Source: Lama glama (Eukaryota). From it: a DNA stretch of 62,000 nucleotides. The notes under the pieces are model-generated. The model searched no databases, had not been told where the DNA came from, and was given only the letters and a program-made list of their open reading frames with translations. The stretch is from positions 2,170,001-2,232,000 of the forward strand of contig CM052816.1 in NCBI GenBank assembly GCA_028534125.1, in the 5' to 3' direction. Within the stretch, counting starts at the first letter, position 1. Each line of letters opens with the position of its first letter. This document shows positions 48,452 through 60,542 of this stretch, one piece after another. The position numbers were made by a program, and so were the translations under genes.

Positions 48452-51400
48452 AGTTAACTTCAGTTCCCACTGAAATACTAGGTTTAAATATTATCTTTAG
48501 CAGAAGTTTCAGAGTCCTTCCTTTTAGCCATATTCTGCTTACAGATGCATTCCGTTCCCCCTTACCAATTTATTGATTTGGATCCTAAGGATTCATTCAG
48601 CAGGTATTGGTCGAATGCCTTCCACTGGCCAGGCCTCTTGTATTAAGTGTTTGCATTAGCATTTTGGAATGCCAGCCACTTTCTAAAAGGTGAGCAATTT
48701 GAGGTTGTGGGAAGTCAGGGTAGTTTGGCAGAGATGCGAGCAGATCTTGCTGAGTGAGGTCCACACTTGGACAAAAACTCTAACACAGTCCATGGGAATT
48801 TGACGACTAAAGACATTGGTGAGATGGGACAGCAGAGGAAGAGAATTATTCATCATCTTTGTGGGAGAAATAGAAGAAAGGAAATTCTGCTTGCGTTGGT
48901 TAGAAGGACACATCCACGTAGAGTAGGGCAGCAGGAGGAAAATTGGACGGGCAGGTGGAAAGGAGTTAAGGAGGAAGAGAATCTTAGGTCTGCAAAGGGA
49001 GGTGGGGGTGAGTATTTCTCGGGTGCTTGAGGCCCGAGGAGAATTTGATTATGGGGGAGATAAAGGGGACTAGCCAAAATACACTGAAGCAAATTCACAT
49101 AGGGACAGAAATCAAACCTTTTGGGTTATTATTTTTTGCAACTGTGGATTTTCCATTCCAAACACATCCATACCAGTTCCATGGCCTTTAATGTAATTTG
49201 TCAAATTTTATTGGGATCTGGTGGAGGTATAAATTTTAAATTGAAGAGGCATGGTCCTAGAAAATGTTTTCTGCCAACTCACTGAACAAATTTAGCACAT
49301 TGGATGTGAACGCTTTCTGTGGTTCTGTGGGTTTATTAGCTTTGTGATCGTAGACTTGGTCCAAGTTCTTGCCCCTTAGGAATGTACACAACTTTTTCTG
49401 AGAACAATTTGGCCCACTTAACATTTTATTAGCCATAATACATGCAAGCCATAGTCCATACTATGATATTTTGATTTTTAAGTCAGACATCAAGTCCACA
49501 CTCTACATACCCAGCATGCACACATTCAAAGAAGAAAAGAAAAAAGAGTGAATTTTAAGAGCCTCTTTAATTTCTTCACCAAGAGAGAAAAATGGAAAAA
49601 TAAACTCAGAAGTAGTAACTTTCAATATATGCCGCCTTTTGTGTGCCTCTTTCGGATCAAGTAAATAATTTGCAAGGGGACAAAAGGATGTGACTTCAGC
49701 TGAGTGTTCACCTGCCAGCTCTCCTTCATGCAGTCTGATTTAGAGATTGAAGCCCAGAAATCATTCTCACTCCTCTTGCCCCCTGGAAGCGGAGAACCCA
49801 GTCGTGAGGTTAATCATTTGAATTTTGCAAGTCATATTGAGACAAAACAGAAATAATTCTTCACCTTGGACCCTGGAAATTTGTTGGCAAACTTTTTAGA
49901 GCTCAAGGTTAGACTTTTCTTCCCCTTTGAATCATAAATATGAAATGCTCTAAATATATTGTCTGATAACTCCGTCTCCCACCAAACGAGTCCCACTAGG
50001 TGATATGAAATGGAGTGGAAACCACTTCTCGAATAGCAGGTTAGAGTGGAAATGAAGAGAGGAGTGGGAAAAGGACCTCCCGACCACAGAGGGGCTGACT
50101 GAGGATGCTGGTAGAAACGGCCCATGATGGCGATTATTCAAAACAGTAACTTCCTCATAAGCTCTTCTTCAGAGTTGCCTCGAACAGTTTATAAGGTTAG
50201 TGATCTAAGTTATTACATATGAAAATGAGGTTAAAGCCATTTCTGATCAACAGGACATTCCGGAGACGAGCCTGAGCATAAAGCTTATTAATTCTACAAC
50301 GTTACAGGTGTACGTCAGGAGGTACCGTGGCTCTTTCTGAAGAAGCTCTGTGTAAATCGAAATCTATTTTTTGAATCTAGGGAAATTAAACTGTGGTAAC
50401 TTTTGGTAAATTTTGATGTGCACATTGTTGATAAAGAAAGGCTGAATCTTTGGCCTGCCTGTTAGCACCTAGCAGAAATCCATGTATCTGCTAATTTTGT
50501 CGATTGTCATGGTCAAATCAGAATGGGGAGTTGTGGTCTTATAAATCAAAGAAAGTCATGAGAACAGAACAGAAGGATTCAATTTGCTCATTGAAAAAAG
50601 TGAAAAGACAGTCATTGGAAAAAAAAAGTTTATTTAGTATTAACTTGCTTTTGCCAGCCAGGGTACCCGAAAGAGACTGAATATTTGAATTGGGATCTTT
50701 GAAAAATGTAGGTTTGTACATCGATGGTGTCCCTTTTTCAAATGTAAAGTTTCCTTTTGTAAAGAGAATGTTCTTCCATCCTCTCTCTGTTTTGGAATTA
50801 AAACAAATACTCATTTTTCCCAAAGTGGCTGTATTTAATCTCTTAGTGGTGAAGCGGCACTACCTTATAAAGATGTTGCGTGAGGGTTAAATCTTTTTTT
50901 TTGTTTTATTTTAAAGAGAAACAGAAACATCATGGACTTGAAATTAGTTTGAGATTGACATAGACTCTGTGATTGGAATTCCCTACGACAAACACCCTCC
51001 TTGATCCCCAAATCTGAACAGAAATGCTTGAACCCGAGGAACATGGCTGTGAGTCTCCTGGACTTGGAAGCCCTCATATACAAAGCGAATGCCCATCCGC
51101 CTAACTTGGAATGTTACACTTTAGATGTAGCGTGGAATTTGTCAGTTATGGATGAGTCTTGCTGGAAGACACAGAGCGTCTGGCTTTAGATCAGCCCCTG
51201 ATTTGCCAATGCAGCGCACGCCTGTTGGGTTTCTGAAATTTGTGGTTTAGCTTGCTGGTCCCTCCTGCTTTTCCAGTGCCACATGCTGATGACAGAAATG
51301 CCTCACGTTATGACTTTTCTTCTCAGAGGCCGCATAGGTAACAGGTATATCTTTGCAGGTCGCCTAGGGGGCAGGCGTTGGTGGGTCCTGTTGAAGGTCT

Positions 51401-51697
51401 GGGAGGGAGAGTTGGGCACGGGCTGTGGCACACTTTTCCATTCACACTGAGCGTTGCAGCCAAGCCAGCTTCCTCGGCCGGTTTCCTTTCTTCCTCCTGC
51501 TTTAGAACAACCTCCTTCAAGCTGTGCGTTAGTTGGGGGCTGGGGAGGCGTGAGGTGGGCACAGGTGGAGAAGTACCTCCATGGCACTTTGCGTGGTACT
51601 CCCTATAGACCCAATCACACATTTGTTGACAATTTACTCTGCTAGGGAGAAAAAAATAAAAAAGATAGAGTATATCAAGCAAGCGAAAACAACGATC

Positions 51698-51920
51698 AAG
51701 AATGTAGACTTTGGAGCTTGGCAGACCTGGGCGTGAGCCCCGGTTCTGCCCCTCGGTAGTGCGGCAGGTGGCGGGACTTGCCCAGACTTTGTGGACCTTG
51801 TTTCCTTGTGTGTAAAGAAGCCAGTGTCTTGCTCACAGAGGCTTCATAAGGATTTTATGAGCAGATGTGGACAAAGTGCTGGCTGAGTGTCTGGCCCATA
51901 CCAGGTGCTCAGCAAACCTC
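51698..51920 (+). mobile_element. MIR SINE
   Basis: agactttggag, cagacctggg, cccggttctgcc, gtttccttgtgtgtaaa, agtgtctggcccata...ggtgctcagcaaa. Confidence 0.85.
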
Positions 51921-52439
51921 TGATAACACGGTGATGGTCGATGTGCTGTTCCTGCTCTTCACAGCTCCCCTGGGGCTCGGGCCTTAGCGGCTCGTCTTCT
52001 CCGTGTCACATACCCAGCAGGACCACCATCCAGCAGCGCGATCACCCCAAATGTGGACGTCACCGTGCTTCTACCATATTTGGCTGGGTTGACTCGTAAT
52101 AATTTGAAATGGACGGGACTTGATTTAGTATCACTGCAGCTATTCTATTCCATGAACCAGAGGGAGCTTCTGAGAACAGCAGAGCAGTGACTCCAGCGTT
52201 CAGAGGGGGAAATGTGAACAAATGACAGCGTTGTACCAGAAACTTTCAAGATGCAGGGCGTTTGTGTGGCTGTTGCGGCTGGTGTGTCCTAGAGGAAGGT
52301 GGGGTGTGTGTGTGCGCGCGTGAACGTGCTGGAGCACACGGCCTCCAGGAAGACCTCTGGGCTCCCAGTCAGTGCTGAGCTCACCACATGCCCCTAACTT
52401 TTCACCCTGCTGAGATGAAGCCGGTTGGTTTCTGCCTCG

Positions 52440-52830
52440 TTAGTTAATTGTGTATGTGGCTTTTCGGCTAGACTGTGAATGCCTCCAGGACAGGGGTCAC
52501 TTCTTTTTTATTATGATGTCTTCCTTGGTTCCTTGTGCAGTGCCAGAGGGCTTAGCAGGGTTTGGAGGCAGGCTGAACCCAGGCTCTGCAGAGCTTCTCA
52601 GCTGTGTGAACCTGAGCAAGCTGCATCACCTGCCGCAGCCTCGGCCTCCCCATCTGTAAAATGGGGCTAGTTACTCTTGTGGGATTGTTATGAGAATTCA
52701 ATACAGTAATTTTATAAGATCCTGAGCACAGTTCCTGGTGCTGATTCAAGGCTACCATTTATGGAGTACTTACCACTCTGTCGAACACAGTGCCTTTTCT
52801 GTAGGAGGAGCTCAATAGGGCTTGCTGACT
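52440..52830 (+). mobile_element. L2 3' end with a MIR (about 52555-52745) nested inside
   Basis: ctagactgtgaatgcctccaggacagggg (L2); agctgtgtgaacctgagcaag...ccccatctgtaaaatgggg (MIR); cacagtgcc...gctcaata (L2 tail). Confidence 0.8.
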
Positions 52831-55493
52831 GTTTTATTAACTACCCATGTAGCTCGGGTACATGTTTATCTACACTGATGTGCGTGTATATAAAAGTGAA
52901 GGAAGACTGTCAGAAGAAAAAGAGACATTCATTTTTGAAATACATTACATATATATGTCTATACATGTATGTATATGAACACATACGTGATACACATATT
53001 TCCCAAAACGGGTGTTCTCTTTTTTTTGCATGGCCTCCCTTCACTTTTTCCAACATTATATATATTTTTTTTTGAAGAAAAGAAGATTGATAGGATCAAT
53101 GTTGGTGGTTGCAGGCATTTTATCAGCTTGTAGATGGTCTTCTCCTCCATAAAGAAATAATAAAAAAGATGAAGGAGAAAAGAAACAAAAAAGATTGAAA
53201 ATGGAAACAGAGTCATTTGCCTCCTCCTTTCTCCCCCCCAAAGCCAATGTCCTTACCCACAGATCAGTAAATTTCTAACACCGTCATGCAGGTTCATGCA
53301 TGAACGGCAGTGCTGTGTGACATCTCAGGGTGTCCACGTGGGGCTGGGTGCTCGACAATGTGTGACATGACTGTGTGTATTGCTCTGTGAATATCCTTGT
53401 GTTAGTGGAACGCCCTCCTGGAGAAGACAGGTCAACAGACCACTGTCTTTGTAGTCCAAAATCAATTGCATCTCTACGAATTATTGAGTTGTTTGCCATT
53501 GCTTTGCTGTCCTTTTTTATTATAAGGGCTCGTTATTATGATACAGTTGGATAAGGATTTGTTTTCCTTCAAGAAACCTGGTGTGTTTTTGTCTTGTGGA
53601 TTGTCACAAAATGATGAGGAGTGTCCACCTTCTTCCTCACCTCTCTTTCCAGCTTGAGCATTTTAAATGTTCCAGTACTTGGATTCAGCCCTTCTCTGGT
53701 TGAGCATGAAGCTCCTAGCACATGGCAGCCCAGAAGATGTGGCAAGCTCTAGGGGCTCGAACTCATTTTAAGGAGAAAACACTCATTTTTCCTGTGACAA
53801 CAAGCATGACATTCACATGCCTGCGTCCAGCACCATCTTGCAGCTTTTGTACCAAACAGAGATGTTACTAAATGAACATTTCTTGCTCTTGTGTAAATAG
53901 ATAGATTAATGGCATTAAGTGAACGCCAAGGCTGCCTGAAATGTTAACTTCCTTATGGGGTTTTGAGTTTCTCTTATTTTTGATAAATGGACCAATCTGG
54001 CAATAAAAATCCTTGCACAGTAGGTTAATAATGTCATAGCTGAACTGTGAAATAGTAATGTGTGTACTATCTCTCAGCAAACAATAATCCTTGAAGCCTG
54101 ATAAATCTATTTCCAGCCCAATTGCTGTTCATTGTTACCCACGACTCCTCCTTTGCAAACACAGAGCAGTTTTGTCACGTGCATTTTTAAGCAGAGGCAT
54201 CCGGGAAGGCAAGGCACATGGGCCAGTGAAGGCAGGGGGAGACAGGTTTCTTTTCAGCTCGCCTGAGCCCCTGCTGCCCTCTGTGCCTAAAGACCCTCCT
54301 CAGGCTTCCTGCCTTGCTGGTATGGGGGTGGGGGGCGCTGTGTAACCTTCCAGTCCTTCTGGTGCCCAAAGCACGGTTGTGCGGCTGCAGGCAGAGAAGG
54401 ATTGGGATCTAGGAAGAAAAATCTCCCCCCAGGTGCTTCAGTTTTCATTGATCACTTAGTAGCAGGCAAGGTTTGGTGCTGTTTACCCCAAATCCCTGAT
54501 GACAAGAGAGGCGATGGAGAGGCTTCTCCACACTGGCTTCCTGTAGAGCTGGGAATACAGAATCTGGCAAATGTCTTCAGACAGCCCGCAGCACACACAG
54601 ACTGCGTGCAGAACACTTCAGCGCCGCGATTCTAAACAAAAGACAGCCAAATACCCTCTTGGTACTAAAACAGGAGGTGGGGGGTGGGGTGGGGAAGGGA
54701 GTTGCCCCTCCCCCGTCTTTGGCCAGTGGTGGGCAACTCCAAGGTAAAAAGTACACTGTGCTGGTGAGAAAGAGAACCCTGTCCCAAATCACGGCTGATT
54801 TGGAGGGAATTATTTAAGCATCAGAATCTAAGTAGCTTGGGGCACTGCACATAAACTTGACAAACAGGCTACTTTAGTCCTGTCTGACTGTATCAGCATA
54901 ATAGGGCAATGAAGCTTTTATTCATTCAAAGAAAGGTTGAGTTTGATTGGCAGGGCAGGCTGCCTGCACGCAAGTGGCTCTTTTCCCCAACACTTCACTG
55001 CTATCAATTACCGTTTTGAATACGAAGTGTTTCTAATGTAAAATAATGCCAACCTCTGCCTCTATCCTCAGGCCAGAAAGCTTCTTTGTGTTATTTATTC
55101 CCAGTCTGTGACTGCTCTGAACCTTCCTCTCTCTGCTGTTTGTCCCCTCCCCTCTTCTTCTTCCCTTTCAGTGTTTAAAAGATGTAACGTTGCCAGCAGA
55201 AGTGAGGTTCATGCAGAAAACATTCCTGTTCTTTATTTTAATCAATAACCTCCTGGGTGAATGACATTTCCACCTTCATGATTTAAAATCAGAAGATCTG
55301 GGGATGTCCGTGCTTGTGAATCACCCCAGGTTCCAGGAACAAAGGAGGCATTTTTGTTTTTCGTAATTTCCCCTTCGCACTGCAAACAACTGGGCTCTGA
55401 AGTTGATTTCATTTAGCAGTCAACTTCTGTCTAGAAAAATGTGCGCAACTGAACTGAACGCTGTTCTTATTTAAATCGGCAAGTGATTTGCTT

Positions 55494-55513
55494 TAGCTGC
55501 CATCTGTTGGCCG
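55494..55513 (-). promoter_or_regulatory. Candidate CTCF site
   Basis: Minus strand CGGCCAACAGATGGCAGCTA has one mismatch to CCASYAGRKGGCRS; a local cluster of CpGs is retained. Confidence 0.5.
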
Positions 55514-56972
55514 GTTCGCTATTTTAATTTGATGCCGGGACATTACCTGACTTTGTATATTGCATTTTGATCTGCATCATGTTTGAGAAATGTCTGAAAA
55601 TGATTCTAAGGGAGAGGACTTTGAAGGGTTCTGTTGAACAAATATGTACATATGTTAATACAGCGCTGGGCGTACAAGGGTGGTAACACACAACTGTGTA
55701 TATATACAGACAGCACGTCTTATGTCTTACCTAATAATCTTTATGTCCAGATTGATAATAAGTCCTTCAAACTTTGCTTTCTCCCACAATTTCCAACTAG
55801 CTCTCCCTCATTTAAAAATCCTTAACTTTAACTTTCACGATATCCTCACCCACTTTTCTGAAGCCGCAGTTTCTCTTGTTTGAAACTCTTTTGAGCAAGG
55901 CTTGGATGGCGGGGACAGCATGGTCTAGGACCTGTGTACCCCTGAGGTCTGCATGTGAACAAAAGACCCTCTCTTCTTTCCTCTCTCAGAGTCCCCAGAG
56001 TTTGATGGTATTTATGGAGATCCTCCTAAAAGAGGCAGCAGGGCAGTTTGAAGAATGTGTAGGGTGAGGCGTCAACAGGCCTGGATTTTCGTTGGTGGCT
56101 GAGCTTCCTGCGGCTGATTAGCTGCGTGAGGCTGGCCAGTCATCGAGCCCATCCGCACCTCCATCATACTGGGGACTCTCTGACTGCCCTTGCTTCCTGC
56201 CCTCATGGTCCAGAGAGCCTGCTTTAGGAGAGGGAGAGAAAGGAAGTCATGTGGACCTATCTCTGCCCCCAAGTGTTTCACAATCTTAAGACCACACGGA
56301 TTATTCATATTCAAAACACATTTTAGAACCACTGGGGCTAATCCTGTGCTGGATGGTCCTCCTCTCTGTTTTTTTTCTCTCCTCACTAATAAACTTCCTG
56401 CAACTTTTGAAAAAATTTTTTTTTCTCAGCCACACCTTTCACGGGATGTTAATTTCTCTATAAGTTTCTTCCTAAGAGTCTCTGTTATATTTACTCTGTG
56501 CCTTTCTTTTCTCCCAGTCATTAATTCAGGTAGAAGCACCCAAGGGTGTTTCCACTGGAACTTTCCTCTCTCGGAAAGCTTCTTTGCCAAACTCACCTTG
56601 ATGCATGCAATTCTCCCTTGGGCACGTGCGCGTATACATGCTACGTAAGACTGAATTCTGTTTGGCCACGCTGAAGACACAGGAAGTGCCTCCAGTTTCT
56701 ATGTTCACCATCGTGACCACTGATCACATTTAAGTGCCAGACTTCATACTGTTCAGACCAGCCACCCAACTCCAGGGACTTATGCACAAAACACTCCAGC
56801 AACAGCAGGGACACAGGAATCAGGGAAGAGTGAATAAGGGAACATACACTGGACAGAATAAAACTGAGTTTTAGTTTCAAATTTGGAATGATGGGAATCG
56901 ATGCTTTTCTTCCATTTATTGGACTTTAGGGGTATGTGAAGAAATTTGGGCTGGTTAAGAGTAGAAATGGGT

Positions 56973-57150
56973 GATCTTGGGTAAGTTACTGGCCTGAGCT
57001 TCAGTTTCCTCACTGAAAAATGAAGGCAGTAATATATTCCTACCTCATAGGGTTGTTGCGGGGGTGACATGAGATAATGAGAGAAAATGAGATAAAGCGG
57101 AGCAGGACAGCTAGCCCACAGTGAGGACGCAGCATTTTCTGTTGTTGCTA
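56973..57150 (+). mobile_element. MIR SINE
   Basis: tgatcttgggtaagttact, ctgagcttcagtttcctca, cctacctcatagggttgttg. Confidence 0.92.
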
Positions 57151-57313
57151 TTTTTGTGTGGAAGTCTTAACACCAGAAGCTCGTGTCTTAATTGAGGACG
57201 TTCTCTTAGAGAATTGGGGCACCAGGCTCTGTAGTCAGAAGTCACTCCAATCTACCCAATAAACCTCACTCTCTCTCTGTCTTCCCATGAAAACTTCTCA
57301 TGCTCATTTACAG

Positions 57314-57361
57314 TTTTTTGTTTTGTTTTGTTTCACGGTGTTTGTTTGTTTGTTTGTTTTT
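57314..57361. repeat. (GTTTT)n/(GTTT)n simple repeat
   Basis: Read directly; interrupted by cacgg. Confidence 0.85.
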
Positions 57362-57546
57362 GCTGGTAGTTATAAATACAGATCTGTCCCTTCACGCTAG
57401 CAGGTCAATATCCTCACTGCTTTTAGTTGCTAAATTGCAGGTGATTTATTATTGGTAAAAAATCCTTTTTGGATTCTGCATTTGCGTACTCAGTTTGTTG
57501 GTATTTTCTGGGTCACGTTCTGCTTGCGAATTTATTTAAACTTCTT

Positions 57547-57576
<30 letters not shown>
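57547..57576. repeat. (GCA)10 trinucleotide repeat (CAG/CTG family)
   Basis: Read directly. Confidence 0.98.
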
Positions 57577-57577
<1 letters not shown>

Positions 57578-58119
57578 GTTCCCTCTGGAAGGCAGAGCCT
57601 GACAGAGTTGTACTTGGTTTTAGTTCCATACAGCGGCCACGTGGGGTTATGTTCTTTTCCATCGTGACTCAGGGGCTGGCATTTGAGTTCTATTTCTTGC
57701 TGGTTTCACAGGCATCAGATGCTATTATTTCCATAGCGAGATATGACAAACGGAAACGACTTCTTCCCTAATTATTCTAATGAGGCTTCCTGAGCATTAT
57801 TGGACAGGAAATCCATGGAAAGAGTGCATCATCCCCAAACTTTGTACTCTCAGCATAGAATTAGGTCTAAAAAGGTCTTCAAAATAAAATACCAATTAAA
57901 AAGCATTGGGGGGTGCAGTATGCACACTGTGTTGGTAGTATTTGGTTATTGTCATAACTCAGGGTCACCAAAACGTCTCTTTAAAGGGAGAGCAGCCCAA
58001 TAGAGGTGAAATAATTTAGTCTCTCTTTCTTAGGAAGCTATAATAATATTTTTTGAACAGTCAGCTGAATGCCTCCTAAGTTGCCTGGGTGACTCAAGGG
58101 CTTAAAAAGTTCTTCCATG

Positions 58120-58380
58120 GAGATAAATAAGCTGTCAATTCATGATGAAGAAAATCAAACTCATGGTGTTGATCTTGGCCGAGGTGCCTGTGCAAGTATG
58201 AAAGAAATTTTTGCCGAGATGCAGCACAGCCCATGTGTTAGCAGTTAGCACTCCAGTGCCACGGTGCGCCTCTGCTAGCCTTTTCGAAAGATAAACGCGG
58301 TTGTCAAAATAAGGAAAAGAAAAGATTAACCCCTTCAGGTGCACGTAAATAATAAATGACACTCCAGCTGCCTGGAGTCT
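58120..58380. promoter_or_regulatory. Candidate CNE
   Basis: Non-repeat; retained CpGs; CTGTCA, TTGTCA, AGATAA twice, GTAAATA. Confidence 0.4.
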
Positions 58381-59289
58381 GCAGGAAGAGAAGAGGCAAC
58401 GGTCCAGAGAGTGGTTTTTAGTCGGTTGCTTGGGTTTCCTTTTCGGGACATCTCAGGCTTGGGCTGGGAACTTTGGGTTAGAAGCACTAAAGTGAAATCT
58501 GGGTGCAGTGGGAGAAGGAGATGATAGGGGGACAGACTTAAAGGAAGAACATGCCTAAAGCCGACCATTTACTTAAGTCCTCACACTCTTTCAATATACG
58601 GGGATTTTTCTCTGAACTGTGGTCTAGAGCAAGGCATATATTGGAGTGAGCACCTAAAACAGAATAGCAAACAGAATAATTCTGTTTATACCAGATGAGT
58701 GCGCTCGTGTAAAAAGACCTGCGTGTGTTACCCTCCTGATACTAAGATCCGGAACTGGGCATGAGCGGGGAGAGAGGGAGAGTCACACAGTTATCTCCTT
58801 TGCGTTAATAAAACCCAAAGAGGGCAATTAACACACAGCACTAGCCTGCCCATCGGTTGTTGTGGGAGGCGGGATCAATTTGTTGCTTTGCGCTTTATAG
58901 ATTCTCCAGGTATTTTTATGTTTTAAATCCAACACGAGGGGCACACCCAGTGGAGCAGCGGCTCAGAACTTTAAAACGGAGTCCTAGGGGAATGCCACAC
59001 ATTTTATGGAAAGGTTGTTTTTCTGGACATTTTTGTGGTGCAGGTGGTAGGAACTTCCTTTTTTTTTTTCTTCTTTTTTTCCTTTGCCCTCAGAGTTCCT
59101 ACAAAGCAGCAGGTAGAGTAAGATGGAAGATGCCAGTGGGTCTCACACTTAGGAAATCTCCAGTAAGAATCAATGGTTCCGTATCATCAAGGTGCGTCAG
59201 AGCTGAGGCTTAAGGAGAGGATTTGGACGTAGCTTCTGAAGAGCATGGCAGATGGGAAGGGTTGTGGGACTGCGTGTAGGAGACACTCT

Positions 59290-59410
59290 TAAACTCTCTA
59301 AACTTCTGTTTCCTCATCTTTAAATGGGAACAGTAACTGTATCTCCCTGGTATTAGGAGGCAGAACCTACAAAGCACAGCTCTCTGCTAATATCTGAAGT
59401 TGTTACTGAT
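59290..59410 (+). mobile_element. MIR fragment
   Basis: ctgtttcctcatctttaaatgggaacagtaa. Confidence 0.7.
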
Positions 59411-59469
59411 TCTTATTGTTGCTAATATGATTATGTCTATTATTATTGGTCTTGGTGTTTCAACTAGCC

Positions 59470-59590
59470 ATGTGATATTGAATATGCCCTAGAACAATTT
59501 TCAGCCGCTAAACTTTTCTCATCTGCAAAATGAAGGAGTTGGAGCAGATGATCTCTGAAGTTCTTTTCTATAGTCAGGTCCTAGAGTTCT
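59470..59590 (+). mobile_element. MIR3-like fragment
   Basis: tttctcatctgcaaaatgaaggagttggagcagatgatctctgaagttc. Confidence 0.85.
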
Positions 59591-60503
59591 CAGGGGCCGT
59601 TCTTTTTGTTGTCATCAGGAGAAAAAATGCACACATTCATACCGAAAGTGCCATAAATCTAGAGCTCTTGTAAGAAGGAACTGGGAAAAGCCTGAAAAGT
59701 TTTAGGCTGTAATTAAGAAAGTGGATTATGTAAAATTGATTTGTTGCTCAAACCACATGGATATTATCTGGGTATGTGTAAATAAGAAAGGGCTGAAAAA
59801 GGTGAATACTGATCTCTGCAAAATTCAAATGAATATTAACTCTTATTCAAATAGTACAAGTACATTGCACAGAGAAATCAATACATGAGTTCTTATGATT
59901 TCAGTTTTTTGAGCTGTGCACATCCTCTGGTCACAGAAGCAGCACAGGACTTGTGGTTTTGCTCATTTCCTAGTAAAGTGTGACATCTGGGCTTCTCCTT
60001 CAAATATAGCACCTTGTTTGCTCAGGCTTACGGCTCAGTTGCATTTGTTCTGTCTTATAAATGTAGTGGAAGCAGGGGTTACAGGTAATCCTGCAGGAAT
60101 AATTAGAAATAAAAGCTTGTTCATACCAGGGAGGTGTTTGAGTAGGATGCATTCTTGCTTGAGTTGCAAAGAAATGATACTGGTTTCGGTTTCAGTTTTG
60201 ATGCATTGGAACTCTATCCTTTGTGCAGAGTCCATTTGGAGAGGCTAAAGAAAAAAAAAAAATCACTCAGAATTCTCTGCCCAAGTTCCAGTTAAAAATG
60301 GCTTGTCCTTCCTCTGTTTCAAACTCTTCTACCGTATTGGCAAGTCTGCTCCTCCATTCCTCTGTTTGGATTTTAAGAAATAAATTCAAGAAAAGAAAAA
60401 TACATAACCATGGGCACTATTTCTGTAAAATAAGGGTGTGCCAGGGATCAAAGAGAAGCCTTGTCCTGGAATACAATTTGGCCAAAACTGCCTGGTGTGC
60501 GCA

Positions 60504-60538
<35 letters not shown>

Positions 60539-60542
60539 GTGT
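60504..60542. repeat. Interrupted (TG)n microsatellite
   Basis: (TG)12, a short TA interruption, then (TG)n; read directly. Confidence 0.95.

Noticed and set aside
53292..53305. 14-bp palindrome GTTCATGCATGAAC and similar 7-8 bp hairpins (5606-5627, 13239-13256, 18434-18454)
   Set aside because: Within chance expectation for 62 kb, and too short for pre-miRNA.
57452..57771. PolyQ / polyA ORFs
   Set aside because: Translation artefacts of the (GCA)10 repeat.
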